Origin: a bacterium
GTDB taxonomy: Bacteria; Patescibacteriota; Minisyncoccia; Phycocordibacterales; UBA12079
Assembly: GCA_018401295.1 (NCBI GenBank)
Contig: JAGYLJ010000003.1
Span: 3,327 to 67,326, forward strand
DNA: 64,000 bases
Direction of reading: 5' to 3'
Position numbers and translations under genes: made by a program. This document shows positions 1 to 8,957 of the stretch, in pieces; positions within the stretch are counted from its first letter, which is position 1, and each line of letters opens with the position of its first letter. The notes under the pieces were generated by a model. That model was not told the origin of the DNA and did not search any database. It worked only from the letters and a program-made list of their open reading frames with translations.

Positions 1-1274
1 TCATAATCTTTCAATTCCGCAATTTTAGTTCTAGCCACTTCCAAGGATTCTTCGAGCATATCAGTCCCTTTAATATTTTTCCCACTTCTAGAACTAGTCT
101 TTTTCCCATCCATCAATAACCATCCAAAATGAACATGGAAATATTTATCTTTGAATTTTTCATCAAAAGTTTCCAGTATTTTTATAACAGCTTTGAAATG
201 ATCTTTCTGTTCTATTGCAGTTAAAGTAATATTTGAGTATAAATCAGGATAATCCTGAAATTTTTGAAAACCTAAAGACAAATCTTTTGCCATGTAAGTT
301 GGGTTGCCCTCGCTAGTCTGTACCACCCAAATATTTAAACCTTCTTTTTCACCGTCATAAATAATAGCTCCCTGACTTTCTTTAAAAATTTTCCCAACAT
401 TTTGATTGACTATTTTTTTAGCATTTTCAAATACTTGGCTTTCTGGATATTGTTTATCGAAAAAAACCCCCAAATTTTCAAAAACAGATTTTTGATGCTC
501 CAAACTCCAAATCTTTATTTTTTCATATAACTCAGTTGCCTCTGTTTTATTATTATTGTAAATATCTAAATTTATCTTTCTAATTTCATCTTCACTTTTT
601 TCAAAATTTTCTGAAGCATAGACATAGGCATCAGCAATGAATTCCATTTTTTTATGTTCATTCCAAGTTCCAAAATTTTCTGGCAAACCTTTTTTAATTA
701 CCCCCCAGGTACACTTTGCTGTGTGCATCCCAATATCCCCATAATAATTTGTCTTAATAACCCCATAGCCCAAGTTTTCAATCAAGTTGCAAACCGATAA
801 ACCAGATATCGTCCCTTTGATATGCCCAACTGTGAAAGCTTTATGGGTATTAGGTTGTCCAAACTCAACCATTATCTTCTCTGGATGTTCTAATATCAAA
901 TTATCAAATTTTCCATAACTTTCTTTTTTAATTAAAATTTTATTTAACTCTTTAATAAAAAAATCATTTTTAAATTTAAAATTAACGAATCCTGGTGCAA
1001 CGGCATTAATACTTTCCAGAAAGTCAGACTTATCAAATTTTTTAACTATGTCCTGAGCAATTTCCAAAGGGCTCTTTTTTAAAATACCAGCCAATGCCAT
1101 TGCTACATTTGTCGCATAGTCCCCATGAGATTCTTCTAACGGTTGTTCCACGACAAAAAGAACATCCTCTTCTATTTTATAATCTTTTATGATTTCAAAT
1201 AATTTTTGTCGAATTATTTCCTGAGAGGGATTTACATAATCAGTATTTTTTTGTAATAATTGTGTTATATTCAT
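1..1274 (-). CDS. argS: Arginine--tRNA ligase (5' part; runs off the window start)
   Basis: Not in the ORF track because it is truncated. Manual translation from ATG at 1274 gives HGDYATNVAMALA, VEFGQPNTHKAFTVGH (HIGH region) and DGKKTSSRSG (KMSKS region). Confidence 0.93.
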   Translation of the reverse strand, partial: MNITQLLQKNTDYVNPSQEIIRQKLFEIIKDYKIEEDVLFVVEQPLEESHGDYATNVAMALAGILKKSPLEIAQDIVKKFDKSDFLESINAVAPGFVNFKFKNDFFIKELNKILIKKESYGKFDNLILEHPEKIMVEFGQPNTHKAFTVGHIKGTISGLSVCNLIENLGYGVIKTNYYGDIGMHTAKCTWGVIKKGLPENFGTWNEHKKMEFIADAYVYASENFEKSEDEIRKINLDIYNNNKTEATELYEKIKIWSLEHQKSVFENLGVFFDKQYPESQVFENAKKIVNQNVGKIFKESQGAIIYDGEKEGLNIWVVQTSEGNPTYMAKDLSLGFQKFQDYPDLYSNITLTAIEQKDHFKAVIKILETFDEKFKDKYFHVHFGWLLMDGKKTSSRSGKNIKGTDMLEESLEVARTKIAELKDY

Positions 1275-1298
1275 TGTTGTAATAATAACATATTGTCT

Positions 1299-1592
1299 AT
1301 GGATAGGAAATTTCAAAGGAAAATAGAGGATTTCACTTGCGAAAATTGCGGATCTGAAATCACAGGAGACGGTTATACCAATCACTGCCCTATTTGTTTG
1401 TGGAGTAAACACGTTGATATCAACCCCGGAGATAGAGCCTCTATTTGTCAAGGTTTAATGGAACCAATTGCTTTAGAAAATAAGAGTGGGGAACAAATTA
1501 TTGTCCATCGTTGCGTTATCTGCGGATACCAGAAAAAAAATAAAACCTCAAAAGAAGATTCTTTTGAGGAATTACTTAACATCACTTTTTAA
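1299..1592 (+). CDS. RNHCP-domain zinc-binding protein
   Basis: FTCENCG...YTNHCPICLWSKHVD.PGDR...C.GLMEP...HRCVICG. Start moved to MDRKF because the longer ORF overlaps the argS start. Confidence 0.85.
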   Translation: MDRKFQRKIEDFTCENCGSEITGDGYTNHCPICLWSKHVDINPGDRASICQGLMEPIALENKSGEQIIVHRCVICGYQKKNKTSKEDSFEELLNITF

Positions 1593-1594
1593 TA

Positions 1595-2431
1595 TTATTT
1601 AAATAAAATAGGTATTTCAAGTGCGTTGTCGTATTCTGGTAAATCGGAAGGATTATCTTTCTTTAGGATAAGAGCACCTCTATTGCTATAGTCCGGCTTA
1701 ATAAATTCTAAATTAGCAGTAAATGGAACAAATTCTTCTGTCATCCAATCATCCGTAGCTGTTGCAACACCTTCCGCAATAATCAAACCATCCCAATTCA
1801 CAAGTATTACAGGGAAACTAGCTTCAAAAAACCAAGTCCCGCGAGCCTGACCTTTTATTACTAATGGACTAGAGATTTCTTCCCCGGGGAGAGGTGTACT
1901 TAATTGAATCAGATCTAATACTTCAAGCACATTACCAACGTCCTCAGTGAATACTTCCACACTTTGTTGATCCTGACATTGTCTTGGATAAGATTCCATT
2001 ATTGCATTCCCAGCCTCTACGCAAGAATTAAAATCAACAACTTCTATTATCGGAAGATTTGAAAATTTACAAACCCCGACACACTGAGCAGTACAAGCAA
2101 CTAAAGGATCATTATTATGACGACAACCTGATTCACACTCACTATAAATACCTTGGTTCCCATCACACCACGTTTTATCAACCTGTTCACATTCTTTTTG
2201 TTCGGATAGCCACCCCCCGTTATTTATTTCACAAGAATCAGCTAAAAAATCAAAAACATTTAAATCATCCTCTATTCCACAAGGAGTATCGGGCTTCTCA
2301 GTAGATGGGTTACCATGTTTAGTCCATTCACCGCTTTCACAAGTCCAAGTATTCTCATCTCCCCTCAAAAATAAAACTGCAGTAGCAAGAACAGCCAAAG
2401 TTAAAATTGTAAAAATTATTTTTTTCATCAT
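1595..2431 (-). CDS. Membrane-anchored Cys-rich protein with C-terminal Gmad2 Ig-like domain
   Basis: N-terminal TM, Cys-rich segments, and ISSPLVIKGQARGTWFFEASFPV...KDNPS motif typical of CPR Gmad2 proteins. Confidence 0.75.
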   Translation of the reverse strand: MMKKIIFTILTLAVLATAVLFLRGDENTWTCESGEWTKHGNPSTEKPDTPCGIEDDLNVFDFLADSCEINNGGWLSEQKECEQVDKTWCDGNQGIYSECESGCRHNNDPLVACTAQCVGVCKFSNLPIIEVVDFNSCVEAGNAIMESYPRQCQDQQSVEVFTEDVGNVLEVLDLIQLSTPLPGEEISSPLVIKGQARGTWFFEASFPVILVNWDGLIIAEGVATATDDWMTEEFVPFTANLEFIKPDYSNRGALILKKDNPSDLPEYDNALEIPILFK

Positions 2432-2442
2432 TATGGTTTAAA

Positions 2443-2787
2443 TTATTTTATTAAAGGTAATTTATTTTTTTTCCACTCTAAAAGGCCATCCTTCATATCT
2501 TTGACATCTTTGAAACCTAATGTAGTTAAAATATTAAAAATAACCTGACTACGAGAGCCACTTCGACAATAAACAATTATAGGTAGGTTTTTCTTTTTAG
2601 TTAAACCAATTGTTTCTATATCTTTTAAGAAATCCTCAGATAAATTAAGTAAGATAGATCCCTCTATATGACCAGTTTTATATTCCGTTGGAGTTCTCAC
2701 GTCTAATAAAGTAAAGTCCTCCTTTTTCTTTACTTTTTTATATAAATCCCCTACTGATATAAACTCGTTACTATCCTCTTTTTTCAT
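2443..2787 (-). CDS. Rhodanese-like domain protein
   Basis: LLDVRTPTEY.GHIEGS and VYCRSGSRS. Start placed at MKKED, 6 nt after TGGTATAAT. Confidence 0.9.
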   Translation of the reverse strand: MKKEDSNEFISVGDLYKKVKKKEDFTLLDVRTPTEYKTGHIEGSILLNLSEDFLKDIETIGLTKKKNLPIIVYCRSGSRSQVIFNILTTLGFKDVKDMKDGLLEWKKNKLPLIK

Positions 2788-2905
2788 GAACTCATTATAC
2801 CACAGATTCCTTTTTTTGTTACCTTCCTCTTGGTAGGATTGCCGAAGAGACAATTTTTCATTTTAATTTCACCAAATACAGAATTAGTGGTATAATCATA
2901 TTAAT

Positions 2906-3829
2906 ATGAAATCTTTTTTTTACAATGTTTGGACAATTTATTCAATATTTATTTTGATTATAGCTTCTTCAGCCTTTGCTATTTACTATTTAATTGAAAT
3001 GGGAAATAACCAAATAATACTGATAGATGAGAAAATTTCCTCAATAAATTCAGACATAAAATCTATTGCAGAAAATTTAGCTTCAACTACAGAAAGATTA
3101 CAAGGTAATATAACCCAAACTTATAGTGACCTATCATTAGCTCTAGGTAATGAAAGAAAAAATGTAGATGAAATAGAAGCTCTTCTCGGTATTTACAAAC
3201 AAGAAGTTGGGGATATTACCGGAACAGTCACTAATCTTGAAAAATTAAGCAAAACGGATCCAGAATTACTTCAAAAATATTCAAAAGTATTTTTCCTTAA
3301 TGAACATTATGCTCCTGCGCGTTTAGTTGAAATTCCTGATAATTACGAATACTTTGAATCCAAACACTCTAAAATAAGTTCTCAAGTTTGGCCTTACTTA
3401 GAAAGTATGCTAAAAAATTCTGGTTTAGAAATCTATGTTTATTCAGCCTACCGTTCTTTTGATGAACAAAACGCCCTTAAAGGACAATACGCTGTTATTT
3501 ACGGAGAAGGTACCGCTAATCAATTTTCAGCCGATCAAGGCTACTCAGAACATCAATTAGGAACAACTGTAGATTTAATTACAACTGGAATTAGCGGAGT
3601 ATTAGAAGACTTTGGAGGAACCAACGCTTATCAATGGCTTTTAAATAATGCTTACAAATACGGATTTGTTCTTTCATACCCTGATAACAATGATTATTAT
3701 GTTTACGAACCGTGGCACTGGCGTTTTGTAGGAGTTAAATTAGCTACTGACTTACACAATAGCGGAAAAAGTTTTTACGATTTAACACAAAGAGAAATTG
3801 ACGAGTATTTAATAAATTTGTTTGAATAA
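2906..3829 (+). CDS. VanY/M15B D-Ala-D-Ala carboxypeptidase with TM anchor and coiled coil
   Basis: SAYRS, GYSEHQLGTTVD and YEPWHWRFVG motifs. Confidence 0.9.
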   Translation: MKSFFYNVWTIYSIFILIIASSAFAIYYLIEMGNNQIILIDEKISSINSDIKSIAENLASTTERLQGNITQTYSDLSLALGNERKNVDEIEALLGIYKQEVGDITGTVTNLEKLSKTDPELLQKYSKVFFLNEHYAPARLVEIPDNYEYFESKHSKISSQVWPYLESMLKNSGLEIYVYSAYRSFDEQNALKGQYAVIYGEGTANQFSADQGYSEHQLGTTVDLITTGISGVLEDFGGTNAYQWLLNNAYKYGFVLSYPDNNDYYVYEPWHWRFVGVKLATDLHNSGKSFYDLTQREIDEYLINLFE

Positions 3830-3848
3830 AAAATTTATAGAAATTAAG

Positions 3849-3879
3849 AAAAGCCAACTCACAAGCGAGTTAGCTTTTT
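3849..3879. terminator. Intrinsic terminator
   Basis: AAAAGCCAACTC-ACAAGC-GAGTTAGCTTTT hairpin between convergent units. Confidence 0.65.
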
Positions 3880-4363
3880 GTTTATAGACGATTTCAAAGA
3901 TTAACTTACATCTCAACCCCATCTTTTCGGTGTCCATCAGAGATGAAGACAGAGGGCACACCACTTAAAACTTTTTCTTCCATTATTTTAGATTTCGCCG
4001 GTTCAGCCTCATATGACCCTACCAAAAGGCCTATATCGATCAAAACGGACATAGCATCAGCAAGGCAACCCTCCAGAAGTTTCCGATCCGAACCCAGTTC
4101 AACGGCTTTTTGAGCCGAGAATTCGGTCTCTTTCTGAAATTTTTCAAATTCTGCCCACCAGTCATTAATGAATGATTCCCCTTTTGTAACTTATTTTTTG
4201 TCACCTCCAGTTTCAAAAGATTCTGAACTCGGAAAAAATTCTTCATCTAAACTCCATCGCACCCCCTCCTTTCTATTATGGTCTTCTCCAGATCGTTAAA
4301 TAAGAACATCTACAGAACCTTCCATTGTTAAACCAAAAATTAATTATTGAGTCAATAAAATAA

Positions 4364-4398
4364 AAAGTAGCCGGCTTGCTTACACAAGTCGGCTACTA
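4364..4398 (-). terminator. Intrinsic terminator after ORF 4415-5044
   Basis: AGTAGCCGGCTTG...CAAGTCGGCTACT hairpin with A-run on the left (U-tail on minus strand). Confidence 0.75.
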
Positions 4399-4414
4399 TA
4401 GAAAGAAAAAGGAG

Positions 4415-5044
4415 TTATTCCTCTTCAATGTGGGCGCCATCGGTGGCCCCGACACCGTTTTTGCCATTCAAAGCTTCCAAAACGGGTTGAAGACGTTTCG
4501 TCACCTCTTTCCCAGAACCTAATAATACTTCCTTGAGGGACTGAAGAGCTTTCTCATTCATTGCCTTTTCGGCTCTAATGGCGCGATCTTTTTCCTCCAG
4601 AACCCTATCTGTTCGTCGAATCTGGTGGCGAAGATGACCGAGCGTATCCTCGTAGTCCCTGAGATCCCGGATCAAACCATTGACTCTTTCCTGGTCACCC
4701 TTGGCCCGCTCTTCGGATCGTTCCTCAACATCCTTGAGTCTCTTGGTCTTTTCTTCCAACTCACTATGCAAAGCGCTGATGGCTTGGGAAAAATGTGCAA
4801 ACTGCGCTTCACCCTTGGCCTTTTCCCCGACGACGCTGGCATCTGCCGAGATGTGTTCCGGTTCCTTGGTTTTGACTTTGAGATTCAGTTTATTAAGAAG
4901 ATCCCCAAAATCGCTGGGCATACCTCTGGGTATACTGCCTCTCATACCTCTTGGCATATCACCACTGAGAAAATCAAAACCGTCAAAATCATCGTCTTCC
5001 AAAATACCTTCCAAAATCGCCCTTTTGACCATTTCTGCATTCAT
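4415..5044 (-). CDS. Hypothetical coiled-coil protein (GC-richer accessory gene)
   Basis: 209 aa ORF with AAAGGAGG SD, TTGACA-17-TTAAAT promoter and its own terminator; short MPRG repeats. Confidence 0.75.
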   Translation of the reverse strand: MNAEMVKRAILEGILEDDDFDGFDFLSGDMPRGMRGSIPRGMPSDFGDLLNKLNLKVKTKEPEHISADASVVGEKAKGEAQFAHFSQAISALHSELEEKTKRLKDVEERSEERAKGDQERVNGLIRDLRDYEDTLGHLRHQIRRTDRVLEEKDRAIRAEKAMNEKALQSLKEVLLGSGKEVTKRLQPVLEALNGKNGVGATDGAHIEEE

Positions 5045-5146
5045 TTTACTTTCCTCCTTTGTATTGTGGCTCTCTTGAGCCGTTTATGATAAGAACTTCT
5101 ACAAAACTTTTGGTATTTAATCATAAGTGCTAAATATTGTCAAGAA

Positions 5147-5175
5147 AAAAACCTGATGCCACGGTATCAGGTTTT
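5147..5175 (-). terminator. Intrinsic terminator downstream of the tRNA-Gln module
   Basis: AAAACCTGATGCC-AC-GGTATCAGGTTTT. Confidence 0.7.
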
Positions 5176-5262
5176 AGACTTATTTCCTTAAAAACTTTGA
5201 ATTTCTATCCCTCACATCCGTTCGGGAAGCTGAAATTTTATAGTCGCTTTGCTTCTTAAAAT

Positions 5263-5433
5263 GACTAGGATTCGGTCACAAATATTTTGCTTCGCAAAAT
5301 TTTGCGACCCCGACTCGGCTACAACTTTTTCGCAAGCTCAAAAATTGGCTTCGCGCCTCCGTCTTTCGAATTCTGTCTAGCAAAATAAAACAAAGACCCT
5401 AAAGCTATCGCTTTAGGGTCTTTATTTTTCTAG
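5263..5433 (-). repeat. tRNA-Gln 3' module (antisense and sense copy of the T-arm/acceptor in a hairpin scaffold)
   Basis: GACTAGGATTCG at 5263-5274 equals 5440-5451; degenerate inverted copy at 5365-5383; perfect hairpin at 5392-5423. Confidence 0.85.
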
Positions 5434-5504
5434 TTGCCAGACTAGGATTCGAACCTAGATACTCAGCTCCAAAAGCTGATGTCCTACCATTAGACGATCT
5501 GGCA
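5434..5504 (-). tRNA. tRNA-Gln(TTG)
   Basis: Cloverleaf TGCCAGA...TCAGC-TTTTGGA-GCTGA...GGTTCGAATCC...TCTGGCA-A; CCA not encoded. Confidence 0.95.
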
Positions 5505-5547
5505 ATAATATTATTTATTTTACCTTTTTTCGTAATTTTAGCAATAA

Positions 5548-5585
5548 AAAATTCCGGATATGCTTTCACATATCCGGAATGTTTT
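5548..5585 (-). terminator. Intrinsic terminator after OmpA-domain gene
   Basis: ATTCCGGATATG-CTTTCA-CATATCCGGAAT hairpin. Confidence 0.75.
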
Positions 5586-5591
5586 CCTCCG

Positions 5592-6278
5592 TTAAGGTTT
5601 CTTCTTTTTGAGAACGAGAAAAGCAATTACCACAAACCCAAAAGCCATTAACACAGCCAAAGCCTTGAGGAGAAACCATGTATGTTCAAAGTTTGCAGTA
5701 TAATCTTGCGACTTTATCTCTACTTGAACCTTTCTATCAAGAAGTTTCTTTAAATCATTAACTATCAAAGTTAAAAATCCCTCTTGTTTTTTCTCGGCTT
5801 CAACCCTTCGTGTGTCTGATTCAATTAAGGCCCCAGCGATATCCTCCTGTTTTATTATAGTCCCCTCTGGAACACAAATTTTTAGCCGAACAATTCGACT
5901 ATTTACCCGTTGCCCAGATTGTTCGTCATAAGTGACGCCTTTTTTCACGGCAATGACGATATCTGGTCTTAGCCGTTTCAACCAACCCTCAACCTCATCG
6001 GCCCGTTTTGCAGCAAGTTCCTGGTTTTTTTGTGGCGTTCCTGTACTATCAGCAAAACCTTCCAAAGTTACAACGGCACCAGATTCGGGAATCAAACTAA
6101 CAAATTCCCTTAGTTGGTCCTGAATCTTTCTGGTTAACTGATATTTACCGGAATCAAAATATCCGGCGATAAAAACTTCTTTTACAGAAAATCTCTTCTC
6201 TTCTGCATTTGCAGAAAAAACAGAAACAAAAGAAAAGAAACTTATCAAAAAAACACTCACAACTATTTTTTTGCCCAT
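5592..6278 (-). CDS. OmpA/MotB-like peptidoglycan-binding protein with signal peptide and C-terminal TM
   Basis: LEGFADSTG..QKNQELAAKRADEV...NSRIV OmpA_C motif; C-terminal hydrophobic helix followed by KKKK. Confidence 0.8.
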   Translation of the reverse strand: MGKKIVVSVFLISFFSFVSVFSANAEEKRFSVKEVFIAGYFDSGKYQLTRKIQDQLREFVSLIPESGAVVTLEGFADSTGTPQKNQELAAKRADEVEGWLKRLRPDIVIAVKKGVTYDEQSGQRVNSRIVRLKICVPEGTIIKQEDIAGALIESDTRRVEAEKKQEGFLTLIVNDLKKLLDRKVQVEIKSQDYTANFEHTWFLLKALAVLMAFGFVVIAFLVLKKKKP

Positions 6279-6420
6279 TTTTATCCCCCTCCTCTTTATT
6301 GGGTTAAACTGTTTTTATAAAAACCTTTTGACTTAATTTTGTTAATGTTAATGTACCTCTATTTCCTGTACGTGATATTACCACACATATAAAAGAATAT
6401 CAAGTCAACGGTAAGCAATA

Positions 6421-6456
6421 AAAAAACGGCAAAAGCTATAAATAGCTTTTGCCGTT
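6421..6456 (-). terminator. Intrinsic terminator
   Basis: AACGGCAAAAGCTAT-AA-ATAGCTTTTGCCGTT. Confidence 0.75.
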
Positions 6457-6475
6457 CAAGTCACCCATGAATCCT

Positions 6476-6697
6476 CTATTCGTGAATAACGATTGTTCCA
6501 CCAGAAATGACGACATTACCGGGAGTTACTTGACCCTCACCCACGAAAACTTTGTGGGAAATTTTTTTCTCTACAGAAGAAATTCTCATCTCAACCGCAG
6601 ATAATCGCGAATCAAAAGACCGGATTTCCGTCTTTGTCACCAGACACCCTCCTAGGAATGGGAGGACTAGGAGGATTGCTAAATATCTTTTCTTCAT
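6476..6697 (-). CDS. Small putative lipoprotein
   Basis: MKKR, hydrophobic core and LGGC lipobox; purine-rich SD. Confidence 0.7.
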   Translation of the reverse strand: MKKRYLAILLVLPFLGGCLVTKTEIRSFDSRLSAVEMRISSVEKKISHKVFVGEGQVTPGNVVISGGTIVIHE

Positions 6698-6715
6698 TTG
6701 CTTTATCCCCCTTTC

Positions 6716-7534
6716 TTATTTGACGACGGTCTTGTTTCCTTCAAAAACCCTGTCAGCCTTCAGTGGTAGCACCCAGGTATTCCCATCGCGATGGGCCCCA
6801 CCGATACTTTTCTTCAGACGAGCCAACGCACCAGCGGTCCGTTTTTGCCGTTCGGTCAGGATGGTAAATTTTTTACCATTCTCTTCGGCAAGTTCAGCAG
6901 CCTTTTTATCTATCTGTTGCTGCTCGTTCTCGGCTGCCTTGGTCAGAAAGATCCCGTTCTTCGCATCGTATCCCATCCTCGCAATAAGAACGGCCTCTTC
7001 CGGAGTCCATCTCTCGTCTTTGTTGAGCTGAATTTCTGCCAAAGTCAAAGTTGAGGCCTGGTTTTTTCCCGCCATATCCAGCGCTTCGGTAGCGACAACT
7101 GAATTATCAGCCACCTGCTGAATAAACGGTTCCATTTCAGCTTTCATCTGGGGTTTGAAAAAGGTCTTATCAACCCCGTAACCAACCAGGATCATATCCG
7201 TAACGGGTCCATATTTCGATTTCAAATAGGCCTGTTCGAAAAATCCAAGTTTGTCCGTCGTGGCCTCTTCCAACGCACTGGTGGCCGTCTGGTTCATCTC
7301 AGCCACCTGAGTTTTCTGTTGCAACCCTGGAGTCAGGGTTGGTTCACCGGCGGCCCTTACTTCTGGAGGAGAAACCATTTCCCCGGCCAATCTAGCCCCA
7401 CTAGAGACAACAGCCTGAACATCTTTTGCTAAATCGTTACGACTTTCCTGCGAACCTGGTCCTCCCACGAAAACCAAGCCCATCACGCCAACAACAAACA
7501 ATACTCCAACGGTACTCAAAAATTTGTTAGACAT
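6716..7534 (-). CDS. Hypothetical membrane-anchored protein (GC-richer accessory gene)
   Basis: 272 aa, N-terminal TM, AAGGAGG SD, TTGACA-17-TACTAT promoter. Confidence 0.75.
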   Translation of the reverse strand: MSNKFLSTVGVLFVVGVMGLVFVGGPGSQESRNDLAKDVQAVVSSGARLAGEMVSPPEVRAAGEPTLTPGLQQKTQVAEMNQTATSALEEATTDKLGFFEQAYLKSKYGPVTDMILVGYGVDKTFFKPQMKAEMEPFIQQVADNSVVATEALDMAGKNQASTLTLAEIQLNKDERWTPEEAVLIARMGYDAKNGIFLTKAAENEQQQIDKKAAELAEENGKKFTILTERQKRTAGALARLKKSIGGAHRDGNTWVLPLKADRVFEGNKTVVK

Positions 7535-7700
7535 AACATGTCCTCCTTAAAAAAGAATTGAAAGTTTAAAGTCACCTTTGCCAAAAAATCTTTTCCTCAC
7601 CCCCTTTCTTTGTTACTCATTATTGATATTTAAAGAGCCTACTATTTTTCATAGTATGCCAGTTCCAAAGACTTGTCAAGTAAAAAATAACCAGAATCTT

Positions 7701-8747
7701 TTACACTGTTCCCTCTTTGTTTATTAGCTTTATTAACATTAATTCAAGCGGAAGTTGCGGAATATAAGATAATTTCACCTGAGATGAAACTTCAATTAAT
7801 TCTTTAATTAATTCTGCTTTTATATTTGAGTTCTTTTTTTGGCTTAATTCTTTTAAAAATTTAAAATCTCCCTCAGAAAAACTGTCTTCAATCCCCTTCT
7901 CCATATTTTTAGCAAATCTTAAGAGTAAAACTGCTCTTATTTTATGCAAAATCAACTTAAGAAAAACCTGCACATCAACACCATTTTCCACTGCCTGATT
8001 TAGAGCTTTGATCCCGTTATCTAAATCTCTCTCATCTAAAGAAAAAATAAAAATATTAACTAAAGCGCTATTAGGTGCTCCCGTAATTTTTTCCACTTCT
8101 TTAAGAGATATTTTTTTATCGGCAGAAGCGCTAATAATCTTTTGTAAAATTCCTAGAGTATCGCGGAAAGAGCCTTCACCCAACAAAGCAATCAATTCTT
8201 CTGTGCCTTTTTCTAAAACAAATTTCTCTTTCTTAGCTACGTCTAGGACAACTTCATTTAAAGTTTTTTGGGAAGGTTTTTTGAAAGTGAATGTCTGACA
8301 ACGCGACACAATAGTATCTGGAATTTTTTCAGCTTCAGTTGTAGCCAAAACAAAAACAACATGTTTAGGAGGTTCCTCTAATGTTTTTAAAAGTGCATTA
8401 AAAGCATCTTTAGTTAACATGTGGACCTCATCAATAATGTAAACCTTATAAGGAGATTCAAAAGGTAAAACGTTCACTGCATCACGCAATTCTCGAATAG
8501 CATCAATTCCACGGTTAGAGGCTGCATCTATTTCACTAAGATCGTTGACTGAACATTTTATTTCCTCCGCTAAAATTCTTGCTACAGTAGTTTTACCGGT
8601 ACCCCGAGTACCAGAAAATAAATAAGCATGAGCAATATTTCCCAGCTTAATAGCTTCTTTAAGGGTTTTGGTAATATGATCTTGACCTAAAACTTCAGAG
8701 AATTTTTGAGGTCGATATTTACGATATAATACTAAATTATTGTTCAT
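7701..8747 (-). CDS. dnaX: DNA polymerase III subunit gamma/tau (short form)
   Basis: LYRKYRP, GTRGTGKTT, IIDEVHML, SRC. Confidence 0.96.
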   Translation of the reverse strand: MNNNLVLYRKYRPQKFSEVLGQDHITKTLKEAIKLGNIAHAYLFSGTRGTGKTTVARILAEEIKCSVNDLSEIDAASNRGIDAIRELRDAVNVLPFESPYKVYIIDEVHMLTKDAFNALLKTLEEPPKHVVFVLATTEAEKIPDTIVSRCQTFTFKKPSQKTLNEVVLDVAKKEKFVLEKGTEELIALLGEGSFRDTLGILQKIISASADKKISLKEVEKITGAPNSALVNIFIFSLDERDLDNGIKALNQAVENGVDVQVFLKLILHKIRAVLLLRFAKNMEKGIEDSFSEGDFKFLKELSQKKNSNIKAELIKELIEVSSQVKLSYIPQLPLELMLIKLINKEGTV

Positions 8748-8770
8748 TCTTAATATTATACACTAAATAA

Positions 8771-8956
8771 GAATTAAAATTAAAAATTCAAGAAACTTAC
8801 ATAATTTTTAATTTTTAATTTTGTAATTTTTAAATAATGCTTAAATTTTTAATTTTTAAACAAAACAATAGATTTTGCTTCGCAAAATCTATTGTTTTTA
8901 GAAATTTTATCATTAAAAATTGATTTAAAATTAAAAATTTAAAATTAAAAATTTTT
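8771..8956. repeat. Palindromic AT-rich 7-mer array with central perfect hairpin
   Basis: AATTTTT repeats on the left, AAAAATT repeats on the right; 17-bp arms at 8862-8898 around GCTTCGC. Confidence 0.8.
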
Positions 8957-8957
8957 C

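Noticed and set aside
4625-5089. Plus-strand ORFs antisense to accessory or core genes (e.g. 4625, 4680, 6552, 27174, 59763)
   Set aside because: Shadow frames of well-supported opposite-strand genes.
5405-5626. Short ORFs over tRNAs and modules (5405-5626, 33796-33981, 33880-34080, 34932-35150, 35637-35819, 35646-35909)
   Set aside because: They overlap tRNAs or GC-rich palindromes, have no SD or recognisable domain, and are best explained by stop-codon scarcity.
7701-8747. dnaX truncation or programmed frameshift
   Set aside because: The ORF ends cleanly after domain III with no downstream tau frame; consistent with a naturally short form.
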